From contig JBAZTA010000008.1 of assembly GCA_041662125.1 (NCBI GenBank), positions 2,807 through 66,806 of the forward strand: a DNA stretch of 64,000 nucleotides. Reading direction: 5' to 3'. A program made the translations under genes and the position numbers. This document shows positions 9,548-18,158 of this stretch, in pieces (position 1 is the first letter of the stretch; every line of letters begins with the position of its first letter). This stretch comes from Candidatus Omnitrophota bacterium. GTDB lineage: Bacteria > Omnitrophota > Gorgyraeia > Gygaellales > Profunditerraquicolaceae. The notes under the pieces were generated by a model. It was not told the DNA's origin. It saw only the letters and a program-made list of their open reading frames with translations, and made no database searches.

Positions 9548-9979
9548 ATGGAGGAAAAAATGCTTATGAAATTAATCGGCATGATCATTCTTGGAATAGT
9601 TAGCGGGATTTTAAGCTACTACAAGAAGAACTTTTTTGTAAACATATTTAACGATATCCTTGGAAGGGAAGAAGACGAAGAAGCCGCCACGAGGATCGGA
9701 AGAGGTTTTTTCTATGGTTTCTTTTTCCCGTTCTATTTCTTGTTGCTGCTGGCTGGTTTGGCGGCCTTGATATCGTTTTTGATCTCAGCGGGAATAATTG
9801 CCGCCATAGTTTTTGTATTAGTTTGGCTCACTGAAAAGATTCTTCCTCAAAAATGGGTCGGTGAAATTTGTCTTTCAGTTTTCAAAAAGGTAGGCCTTAA
9901 GGGACCTGAGGTGGTCAATCCTCCTTGTTGCACCGTTCAATCCGACATTTACCCCCCTGCTGACAAATGTGGAAAATAA
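9548..9979 (+). CDS. Hypothetical integral membrane protein
   Basis: 143 aa with several hydrophobic helices. Strong RBS (GGAGGAAAAAATG). Confidence 0.5.
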   Translation: MEEKMLMKLIGMIILGIVSGILSYYKKNFFVNIFNDILGREEDEEAATRIGRGFFYGFFFPFYFLLLLAGLAALISFLISAGIIAAIVFVLVWLTEKILPQKWVGEICLSVFKKVGLKGPEVVNPPCCTVQSDIYPPADKCGK

Positions 9980-10038
9980 TTTATTTTTTCGTACTCGACT
10001 GAAACAAGTATTCGAAAACCCAATTCTGAGTATTTGAC

Positions 10039-10067
10039 AAAATAGGCGCTATTAAGCGCCTATTTTA
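10039..10067. terminator. Probable bidirectional rho-independent terminator between convergent genes
   Basis: Perfect 10 bp inverted repeat AAATAGGCGC-tattaa-GCGCCTATTT followed by a T-rich stretch. It lies between the convergent genes at 9548..9979 (+) and 10146..10625 (-). Confidence 0.5.
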
Positions 10068-10145
10068 GTTGGCGGCGATTGGTTGTCACACCCACAATAA
10101 GTAAGGTTTACAAGACACTGCTTTTTGTTAAGAGCGGAAATCAGG

Positions 10146-10625
10146 CTACGCCAGTTTCTTGCACAACAAGGCGACCCGTTCGCCAAGTTTCTTGGCCGTG
10201 TCAATTGCTTTTTCATCGGGGGACGCTACGCAAGCGGCTCCATAATGCCCTGTCGCGCTCATCGGATCGCCAACAATTATCATACCATAGATGAGCATGC
10301 ATTGAATGATGGATATGAGCGTAGTCTCGTTGCCGCCCGCCAGGAATCCGGATGAAGCGAAAGCCGCTCCTACTTTATTTTCCATTTGCTTCCGGACTCC
10401 GACAAACTCGTCGAAAACCCGCTTCAGGTCGGCCGCCATTATGCCGAAATAAACAGGAGAGCCGGCGATGACACCCGACGAGTTTACAAAATCCTCTTTC
10501 GTGACTTCCTGAGTTGACCTGAGCACAGCTTCAACGCCTGTAACAGATGTTACACCCTCACCGATCTGTTCGGCCAATTTTTTGGTATGTCCTGATTTAG
10601 AATAGTAAAGAACCAGTACGTTCAT
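10146..10625 (-). CDS. Flavodoxin-family / NAD(P)H-dependent oxidoreductase (WrbA-like)
   Basis: 159 aa with a flavodoxin-like N-terminus (MNVLVLYYSKSGHTKKLAE…). Confidence 0.65.
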   Translation of the reverse strand: MNVLVLYYSKSGHTKKLAEQIGEGVTSVTGVEAVLRSTQEVTKEDFVNSSGVIAGSPVYFGIMAADLKRVFDEFVGVRKQMENKVGAAFASSGFLAGGNETTLISIIQCMLIYGMIIVGDPMSATGHYGAACVASPDEKAIDTAKKLGERVALLCKKLA

Positions 10626-10747
10626 GTTTTTACCTCTTCATTTCATGAGCTAATATAAATCGAACCATCAAGACGGATTTGTCTTGATCTCTTGCGCCAC
10701 TTTGACAATCGATATCCATCCGATTCTAGTATCTCATGCAGCATTTT

Positions 10748-13267
10748 TTAGAGCTTTACCCTAGCGTAAAAGACTCTCTTAAGCAATTCCGTCGAAACAA
10801 TATAACCGATCAAGATCGCACCTAACATGAGAAGAAACGAAAGAGGCAGGGGCTGAAATTCAAGCAAACCAGAGAGAGGCGAAAACGGCAGAAACAATGT
10901 TATGGCAAAGATCAGCAGGGTGGCCATTAAGAGGTACTTTCCCGGTTTGCTTTTGAAGAAGGGTCTCCGACTTCGAATGACAAGCACAATAAGCGATGCG
11001 GAGACAACAGACTCGATGAACCAGCCAGTTCTAAATTGATCCACCGTGGCATGGATAAGAAGTAGACAACCAAAAGTTAGGTAGTCAAACACCGAACTCA
11101 AAAGACCGAACGCTACCATAAACTTCCGAATGAACTGTATATCCCATCGCCGTGGTTGTTCCACCATTTCTATGTCCACGCTGTCAGTAGCGATTGCCAT
11201 TTCGGGAAAGTCCGTCATTAAATTGGTAAGCAAAATTTGCTTTGGTAACAACGGAAGAAAGGGCAGAAAAAGGGATGCGCCCGCCATACTGAACATATTT
11301 CCGAAGTTCGCGCTTGTGGCCATGCACACATACTTAAGAGTGTTGGCAAAGGTCATCCTGCCTGAGTTTACTCCTTGAACAAGCACCTTCAAGTCCTTTT
11401 CCAGCAGAACAATATCAGCCGCTTCCTTGGCTACGTCGGCAGCGCTATCCACAGAAATGCTTACATCTGCAGCATGGAGAGCTGATGCGTCATTGATGCC
11501 GTCACCCATGTAGCCAACGACATTACCGGCCTTCCTGAGAGCCAGAATGATCCGCTCCTTCTGATTCGGTTCGACTTCAGCAAGGACATCCACATCGGTG
11601 ACCCTTGCGAGTAAGGCCTCATTACTCATCTCCCTGAGTTCCGGACCTGTCAGGATCGCGGCATTTGGCAAACCGATCTGCTGACTCAAATTGGCGGCCA
11701 CAAGCCGATTGTCACCAGTAATAATCTTCAGTGAAACACCCAGCCGTTTTAGCAGCCCTATGGTCTCGGCTATGTCAGCTTTTGGCGGATCGAAAAGGAC
11801 CAGGAAACCCAAGAACGTCATCCCAGTTTCCTGGTCCGTTCCGATAGTCAATTCTGGGCCTGCGTCCTTATATGCAATCCCCAAAGTCCGAAAACCCTTG
11901 CTGCTAAATTCCTGAAAGCGCCGCTCGACATCGTCTCGTACCGAGGAAATGTCTTCAATCGTACCGGCGCCGGTTTCGGCCGACGAACACACTTGAAGAA
12001 CATTTCGCAAAGCGCCCTTGGTAATCATAAGATGCTTGTTCCCTTTTGATACCAGGATACTTAATCGTTTGCGCACAAAGTCGTAAGGCGATTCGTCCAG
12101 CTTCTGATACGCGGAAAGGTCGAACTGACGATAAGCTCGAATGCCTTCGTCGATAGGGTTTACGAAACCTGTAACGTAAAAGGCGTTTATATAGGAATAT
12201 AGAAGCGCTTTCGCGCTTGAGACACCGTCCACATTAAGGGCAGAGTGTAAATGAACCACCCCCTCGGTAAGAGTGCCGGTTTTGTCAGAGCAGAGCACAT
12301 TCATGCTCCCGAAGTTTTCAATAGACGCCAGCCTTTTGACGATCACTTTCTCCCGTGCCATGTCTTTGGCTCCATGGGCAAGGTTGATGGTAATGATCGC
12401 AGGTAAGAGTTGAGGGGTCAGTCCAACCGCCAGCGCAAGGGAAAAGAGAAATGACTCTAGGATTGGACGCTGCAAATACGCATTGACGGCAAAGATCGTT
12501 AGCACTAGGATCAGGGTCACTTCCATCAGAAAATACCCGAATCGCCTTACCCCTCTTTCAAATTCGGTTTCCTGCGGCCGTAGCTTAAGCCGCTCAGACA
12601 CCTTACCAAACTCGGTTTGCTTTCCCGTGTTGACAACCAAAGCTTTCCCGCTGCCGCTAACCACGTGTGTTCCCATCCATAGAGCGCCCTTACGTTGAGA
12701 GAGGGGCGTCTCAGTGTCGACAACTTTAACTGATTTCCCAACCGGATAGGTTTCACCTGTCAACGTGGCTTCATCCAAATAGAGAGTATTGGATTCTAGA
12801 ACAAGGCAGTCTCCAGGAATAACATCGCCTGCGCTAACTAAAACCACGTCGCCCGGGACAATCTCTTCCAATGGGATTTTCTTTTCAGTTCCGTCTCGAA
12901 TCACGGGTACTCTTATTTGAACGATTGCCAGCAATTTTTCCACTGCGTCAGCAGCCCCCCGTTCCTGCCAGAATCCGAGAAGGCTGCTTCCCACAACAAT
13001 TACGAGAATAATAATCGCATTTACGTGATCATGGAGAAAGAACGATAATCCGGTGGCGAAAAGAAGGATCAGGATAATTGGACTCTTGAACTGAGACGCC
13101 AGGAGTGTCAACGTATCAGATCTCTTTTTCGGTTTGAGAAGATTAGAGCCGTATAATGAGAGTCGCCGCTGAGCTTCACGGTCAGTCAACCCCATCGGAG
13201 CGCTCTCGAGTCGTTGAAGAATTTCAGCCGATGGGACGCTCCAAAACGCCTCTGGAGATTTGCCCAT
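10748..13267 (-). CDS. Cation-transporting P-type ATPase (P2/P3-type; Ca2+/Mg2+-like)
   Basis: 839 aa with P-type ATPase signatures (CSDKTGTLTEG, MGDGINDASAL) and a Cation_ATPase_N-like N-terminus. Confidence 0.85.
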   Translation of the reverse strand: MGKSPEAFWSVPSAEILQRLESAPMGLTDREAQRRLSLYGSNLLKPKKRSDTLTLLASQFKSPIILILLFATGLSFFLHDHVNAIIILVIVVGSSLLGFWQERGAADAVEKLLAIVQIRVPVIRDGTEKKIPLEEIVPGDVVLVSAGDVIPGDCLVLESNTLYLDEATLTGETYPVGKSVKVVDTETPLSQRKGALWMGTHVVSGSGKALVVNTGKQTEFGKVSERLKLRPQETEFERGVRRFGYFLMEVTLILVLTIFAVNAYLQRPILESFLFSLALAVGLTPQLLPAIITINLAHGAKDMAREKVIVKRLASIENFGSMNVLCSDKTGTLTEGVVHLHSALNVDGVSSAKALLYSYINAFYVTGFVNPIDEGIRAYRQFDLSAYQKLDESPYDFVRKRLSILVSKGNKHLMITKGALRNVLQVCSSAETGAGTIEDISSVRDDVERRFQEFSSKGFRTLGIAYKDAGPELTIGTDQETGMTFLGFLVLFDPPKADIAETIGLLKRLGVSLKIITGDNRLVAANLSQQIGLPNAAILTGPELREMSNEALLARVTDVDVLAEVEPNQKERIILALRKAGNVVGYMGDGINDASALHAADVSISVDSAADVAKEAADIVLLEKDLKVLVQGVNSGRMTFANTLKYVCMATSANFGNMFSMAGASLFLPFLPLLPKQILLTNLMTDFPEMAIATDSVDIEMVEQPRRWDIQFIRKFMVAFGLLSSVFDYLTFGCLLLIHATVDQFRTGWFIESVVSASLIVLVIRSRRPFFKSKPGKYLLMATLLIFAITLFLPFSPLSGLLEFQPLPLSFLLMLGAILIGYIVSTELLKRVFYARVKL

Positions 13268-13291
13268 GTCAGTCTCCTATTATGGCAGCCT

Positions 13292-14545
13292 TCAAAGGCC
13301 TGAGGCGTCTTCCAGTTCTATCCTCTCCGGGTCCCCAAACATACGGGCCAGCATTATGCTCAAATATTCCGCCATATTTCTGGTCAGCAGGAAATTCTGA
13401 CGTACCAACTCCTTTGCTTTCTGACCCATCGCATGGGCAACATCTGGGCGACGCAAGAGATATCGGGTTCGCAAAGCAGCCCCTTCTGGAGTCTTAACCA
13501 GGAAACCGGTGTGGTGGTTCACGATCTGAAGACGAATTCCTCCGGTGTCGCCGCCTATTACGGCTTTTCCTTTCCACATGGCCTCGGTGACGGTCAGGCC
13601 GAATCCTTCCTTAAGAGATTTCTGAAGCACAATGTCTGCGCCCCGCTGAAGGGCATTGATGGTAACATGGGCATCCGGCGCTAGGTGGAGCACGTGAATG
13701 TCTTTATCTGCGCCCGCCTCGCTACGAACTTCGGCCAGGACCGATTCGGCTTCAGGGTCATCTGTGGCCCCGCCGCCAGCAAGGACCAACTGAAGCTCTG
13801 GAACGGACGGCTTGATCAATCGATAGGCTCTCACCACGCCGAGAGGGTCCTTGAAGCGATCAAAACGCGAAACCTGGAGCATTATTGGTCTGTCGGGGTC
13901 CAGACCGAATTGGAGTTTGGCGCCTTGGACTTCTTCTTCGGTCAGATCCATGTTTTTTTCGCTGAGAGGATCGATGCTGGGTGGCATCAGATATTGGGTG
14001 TGTGGCAAGGGCTGCGAAAAATCCGCGAGGGAAAAAATACTCGCGTCGTATTCCATGACGAACTTGCGCAAGTACTTCCACAATGGACGATAAGGGTGGC
14101 TCAAGTCGATATGGCATCGCCAGATCCATTTGCCTTTTCGGTTCGGACATGACCTCAACAGAGGAAGTGGCTGAGGGTCGTGTATAAAAACGATGTCTGC
14201 CTCCTCAAGGGTCGAACGGAGCCCTTCCGAGTTCTGGGCGCCGGTTTCCTCGTAAACCTTGAAATCTGTGTCTCCCAGTGGGACGGGTATGCCTTGTAAA
14301 GCGTTGTGGAAGCTCTTTGTAATCTGAAAAAACCGCTCCTCCCCTCGAATAACTTCCCACCGAACATCGAGACCCAGATCGTTCTGAAGTGGAACCAGCT
14401 TGGTTAGGATTTCCGCTACACCTCCACCTACATAGGTGGAGTTAACGTGCACTACTTTGATTCCTCTTAATGGTCTTGCAATCTGACGAAGTCGAGCGAT
14501 CACGTCTTCTCCGGTCACTGCAGCGTAATCTTGAATAGATATCAT
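13292..14545 (-). CDS. treT: Trehalose synthase, glycosyl-transferring (TreT-like, GT4)
   Basis: Close TreT-like sequence (VHVNSTYVGGGVAEIL…RWEVIRGEERFFQITKSFHNALQG…IWRCHIDLS…PPSIDPLSEKNM…) with a GT4 C-terminal domain. The start is the internal Met at 14545, which forms an ATGA overlap with the upstream gene's stop; the track ORF extends to 14647. Confidence 0.75.
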   Translation of the reverse strand: MISIQDYAAVTGEDVIARLRQIARPLRGIKVVHVNSTYVGGGVAEILTKLVPLQNDLGLDVRWEVIRGEERFFQITKSFHNALQGIPVPLGDTDFKVYEETGAQNSEGLRSTLEEADIVFIHDPQPLPLLRSCPNRKGKWIWRCHIDLSHPYRPLWKYLRKFVMEYDASIFSLADFSQPLPHTQYLMPPSIDPLSEKNMDLTEEEVQGAKLQFGLDPDRPIMLQVSRFDRFKDPLGVVRAYRLIKPSVPELQLVLAGGGATDDPEAESVLAEVRSEAGADKDIHVLHLAPDAHVTINALQRGADIVLQKSLKEGFGLTVTEAMWKGKAVIGGDTGGIRLQIVNHHTGFLVKTPEGAALRTRYLLRRPDVAHAMGQKAKELVRQNFLLTRNMAEYLSIMLARMFGDPERIELEDASGL

Positions 14546-15222
14546 TCGGACACTCCCTGAAAAAAATGTACAAACAGATTTGTCAGTTGCGTCCGCAGTT
14601 CCACAAGGGTTACAAAATAGGGATCTACTGACGCCAGTTGTGAGCAAAGGTCCTTATAATGATCACCGAAAGGCCGCAGCCATAAGCGAAAGTCGTCCAT
14701 CATTTCGGGGCTGCGACGTCTGGCGTCAATAAAATGATAGAATAAGCTTCCTCCAGACATTTTGGAAACAGCCTCCACCAATTGCTTCGGTTCTTGAATT
14801 TTTTCTCGGGTATCAAACACGATTACTTGAGAGCTGACAAAATGAAACTGCATGTCAAGCTCGGCCCAGGAAATCGTTTCGGTCTCATCCAACCTCTGTT
14901 CAATCACTTCGAGCATCGCTTGGCGCAAGGATTCCAGATCTGCAAAGGCAGACGGGTCGATAATAGATAGTCGTTCAGCAAGAATATTGTCTTGGAGGGA
15001 ATAGCGAACCCATTCCGCAAAATCGTTGTTGTATTGAGGCTCATCGAACCTGTATCTTAAAAGCCCGCCCCAAAAATGATGATATATGCTCCCGAGAGGG
15101 ATATCCAATAAATGGTCCCTCATTTCTTTCAGGTTTGCGGCCTTCTTGCCTACTGCTATGTTCAGCAGAGCGCAGTCTTTTACGATAAATGGTTCATCGT
15201 TAGAATTTGTGGACATCTTCAC
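14542..15222 (-). CDS. Conserved hypothetical protein translationally coupled to treT
   Basis: 226 aa clean ORF with no recognisable motifs. Its stop overlaps the treT start (ATGA), and it is embedded between treY and treT. Confidence 0.55.
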   Translation of the reverse strand: MKMSTNSNDEPFIVKDCALLNIAVGKKAANLKEMRDHLLDIPLGSIYHHFWGGLLRYRFDEPQYNNDFAEWVRYSLQDNILAERLSIIDPSAFADLESLRQAMLEVIEQRLDETETISWAELDMQFHFVSSQVIVFDTREKIQEPKQLVEAVSKMSGGSLFYHFIDARRRSPEMMDDFRLWLRPFGDHYKDLCSQLASVDPYFVTLVELRTQLTNLFVHFFQGVSE

Positions 15223-15317
15223 CTCTGTAACCTTAGACTATTATTGCAATATAGCTACGAGTTGACCCTCGGCGGTCCGCCACCACGCCGGGGGGAATAC
15301 TCTCGGACTCTCTCGAA

Positions 15318-18134
15318 TCAGGCGGTTTGAGCATAATGCTCCTTTCCTTCTCCCATGAGTAACGCCACAGGAAAACTGTGTAGTACGTCTCCGACAGGCA
15401 GGATATTGCCGGCGGACAGCGCCTCGCCAGTGATAACATTCCGACATTCTAAGGGCGCTCCGTCAGGCATTATCAGCTCAGTGTCCTGCCATACTTGTCT
15501 TCCAAGAGGAAAATCTCCCTCTTGAATTATGTGACTGAGAAGCCTCGGCGCAACGACAATGGCCCATTGATGCTGATACCTTCTGGCAAACGCGATGATG
15601 TGGCTCCTGAATCTTCCCGCCGATTCGAGGGGAACATAAGCGCCCTCCCGGAAAGTCTCTCGATGGCCTCTTCTCGCTTTGAGCGCCAGATAAATGAGAA
15701 AGAGCTTAATCTTTCCATCTTCTCTCGTTCGAAGGAGATCTTGGATAAGTCCGCCAATATCTGAATCTTCCTGCTCTCGGATGCTTGCGAGCATTGAGCG
15801 CATTTTTTCAAAATCTACAGGTCTGCGATTGTCAGGGTCCACTAAGCTTAGATCCCACAACTCAGTCCCTTGATAGAAATCAGGCACGCCAGGTGATGTG
15901 ATTTTAATGAGCGTCTGTGAGAGCGAGTTCAGCATACCGAAATGAGCGACTCTCCTGGTGAAGGGGATCAGTTCTTTCAGGAATGCGTTGGTCTCCGAAC
16001 GGACGAGAATTTTTTCAGCAAATGAAACATAGGCGTCTTCGTACTCGATGTCGGGCTTTAGCCATGCCGTATGGACCTTTGCCTCCCTGACAGCTTTGAC
16101 AATATATTGCTTTATTCTTTCAATGAAATCGGGGTACTCGTCGTCTGAAAATGGAAGCGCTCCGATAAGCGTCTGGTATAAGAAGTACTCGTCGTTTCTA
16201 TCCGGAACGGCTAAGCCGCCGACACGTTTCTTTTTGCCCCTGTTTATCTTGATCCATACCCGGATTTTTTTCAGCCAGTCGTCCGGCATCTCGGACAACA
16301 CATTTATTCTCGCGCGAACGTCTTCGCCCCTTTTAGTATCGTGAGTCGAGGTGGTGTTTAAGGAATCCGGCCACAAGTCTTTCTTCTTCTTGTTGAAGGT
16401 GTGAAATTCTTCAAGCGAGCATCCAAAGTGGTCAGGTCGTCCACCCACCTCATTGAGTGACACAAGCCGGTTGTACACATAGAGTGTCGTATCTTCAACT
16501 CCTTTGGCCATGATCGGCCCGGTAAATTGCTGAAACCTCATGACAAAGAGGATCCAGCCCGTCTTCTCTTCATCTGAGACATAATCTGGGAAGTCCAGGA
16601 GAAGGAACCTTCGCAAGAACGTAAGCCCATGTAATAGGGCGGGGAAATTGGTCCTCGCCCTGTCCACCGCATCCAAAATGTATTTCCTGTCGTTTTCCGA
16701 CACTACCACATGGTTGATATAGGTCCTGTAAACGGGAAACAGCGCAAGAACCTTGGTCAAGGCTCTTTGTAGAGCATTTAGGGTTATGTCGCTTCCATGA
16801 CGGTCCCGGCTGGAGATCTCTTTCAGGAGTTGAGCAAGGTTGTGGACGTCGCTTGCCATGTCTTCCTGGATTATCAATCGCTTGTTCTCGGTCACTACAT
16901 CTTGATACAAGTTCTTCGAGCCCGTTACACTCGAATAGATTCTGCTGAACGCTCGCGCATGCTCCTTTTGACAAAATACTTCGTTTACATAATTCGCAAA
17001 ATCATAGCCGGTCGTTCCCTGCACTGGCCAGAAATGTGGCAGGTCTTCCTTGAGATTGAGTATTTTTTCAACGACGATATAGGTTGTCGGCGCCTTCTTT
17101 CTCAATTCTTGAAGGTAGGTTGTCGGATCGAATAGACCATCGACATGGTCTATTCTTAAACCGGTTACGATTTGTCTTTTAATCAGATCGAAAATCAGGC
17201 CGTGCGTGTGGTTGAAAACGCTCTCGTCTTCCATCCTGAGTGAAATCAGATCATTTATACAAAAAAAGCGGCGATAATTTATTTCGTCCGCTGCCACTTT
17301 CCAAAATGAAAGTCTGAAAAGCTGTTGAGAAAGAAGGTCGTCAAGGGAGTTGAAGCTCTCCGGCTTCCCTTTTTCGCCGTTGAATGCCTTTACATTTTTG
17401 TCGACAAATGTTCTTATTGTGGTATTGGCGCTGTAGAGTTCCCACAGAGTACGGTGAATCAGTTTTATCTGGTTGGAGCGCTCCTCCGCGTCATCGCTGG
17501 AAGAAAGCGTCTTCAACACGTAGAGGATACCCAACACTTTGATAAAGTCGGGATCATCTGCGGCAAGTTTTCTTTTCAAACTGGCCAGATTTTTAAAGAG
17601 ATGGGTATAAGATTCGATTTGCAACGGGAAAGCTAAATCATAGTACGCAACCTTAAAACCGTCAGGACCGTATGTGAGCGCGATTTCTCCATCCTCGAGA
17701 CACTCTCCATAGAACCTGCCAAGGAATGGAGCGAGGAGTCTCTTGTTGGGCCCGTTAGGTGGATGCCCCCAATCCACGTCGAAGAAATTGAAATACTGCG
17801 AGTTGTAACCATTCACAAAGATATCCATCAGAATTCCATTTTCCGAATTCATCGCCATATGATTCGGGACAATGTCTTGAATCCATCCCATGTTGCGCTT
17901 TTGCAGTTCCTCGGAGAGCAGTTCGAGGTCGGAGAAACTTCCCAACTCAGGATTCAACTGATTGGAATCAACCACGTCATAGCCGCTGAGGCTACCCTTT
18001 GCTGCTTTAAAAATAGGAGAAGCGTACAGGTCTGATATGCCCAGGTCCGACAGATAGGGGACGACCGAAATCGCGGACTGAAAACCGAAGGAAGGACTGA
18101 ACTGAATCCGATACGTCGCGGCTGGACTATCCAT
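15318..18134 (-). CDS. treY: Malto-oligosyltrehalose synthase (GH13)
   Basis: 938 aa. The N-terminus YRIQFSPSFGF…VPYLSDLGISDLYASPIFKA…GYDVVD is characteristic of TreY. Confidence 0.85.
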   Translation of the reverse strand: MDSPAATYRIQFSPSFGFQSAISVVPYLSDLGISDLYASPIFKAAKGSLSGYDVVDSNQLNPELGSFSDLELLSEELQKRNMGWIQDIVPNHMAMNSENGILMDIFVNGYNSQYFNFFDVDWGHPPNGPNKRLLAPFLGRFYGECLEDGEIALTYGPDGFKVAYYDLAFPLQIESYTHLFKNLASLKRKLAADDPDFIKVLGILYVLKTLSSSDDAEERSNQIKLIHRTLWELYSANTTIRTFVDKNVKAFNGEKGKPESFNSLDDLLSQQLFRLSFWKVAADEINYRRFFCINDLISLRMEDESVFNHTHGLIFDLIKRQIVTGLRIDHVDGLFDPTTYLQELRKKAPTTYIVVEKILNLKEDLPHFWPVQGTTGYDFANYVNEVFCQKEHARAFSRIYSSVTGSKNLYQDVVTENKRLIIQEDMASDVHNLAQLLKEISSRDRHGSDITLNALQRALTKVLALFPVYRTYINHVVVSENDRKYILDAVDRARTNFPALLHGLTFLRRFLLLDFPDYVSDEEKTGWILFVMRFQQFTGPIMAKGVEDTTLYVYNRLVSLNEVGGRPDHFGCSLEEFHTFNKKKKDLWPDSLNTTSTHDTKRGEDVRARINVLSEMPDDWLKKIRVWIKINRGKKKRVGGLAVPDRNDEYFLYQTLIGALPFSDDEYPDFIERIKQYIVKAVREAKVHTAWLKPDIEYEDAYVSFAEKILVRSETNAFLKELIPFTRRVAHFGMLNSLSQTLIKITSPGVPDFYQGTELWDLSLVDPDNRRPVDFEKMRSMLASIREQEDSDIGGLIQDLLRTREDGKIKLFLIYLALKARRGHRETFREGAYVPLESAGRFRSHIIAFARRYQHQWAIVVAPRLLSHIIQEGDFPLGRQVWQDTELIMPDGAPLECRNVITGEALSAGNILPVGDVLHSFPVALLMGEGKEHYAQTA

Positions 18135-18158
18135 AAATAGACTCTCCGATCTTGTGGT

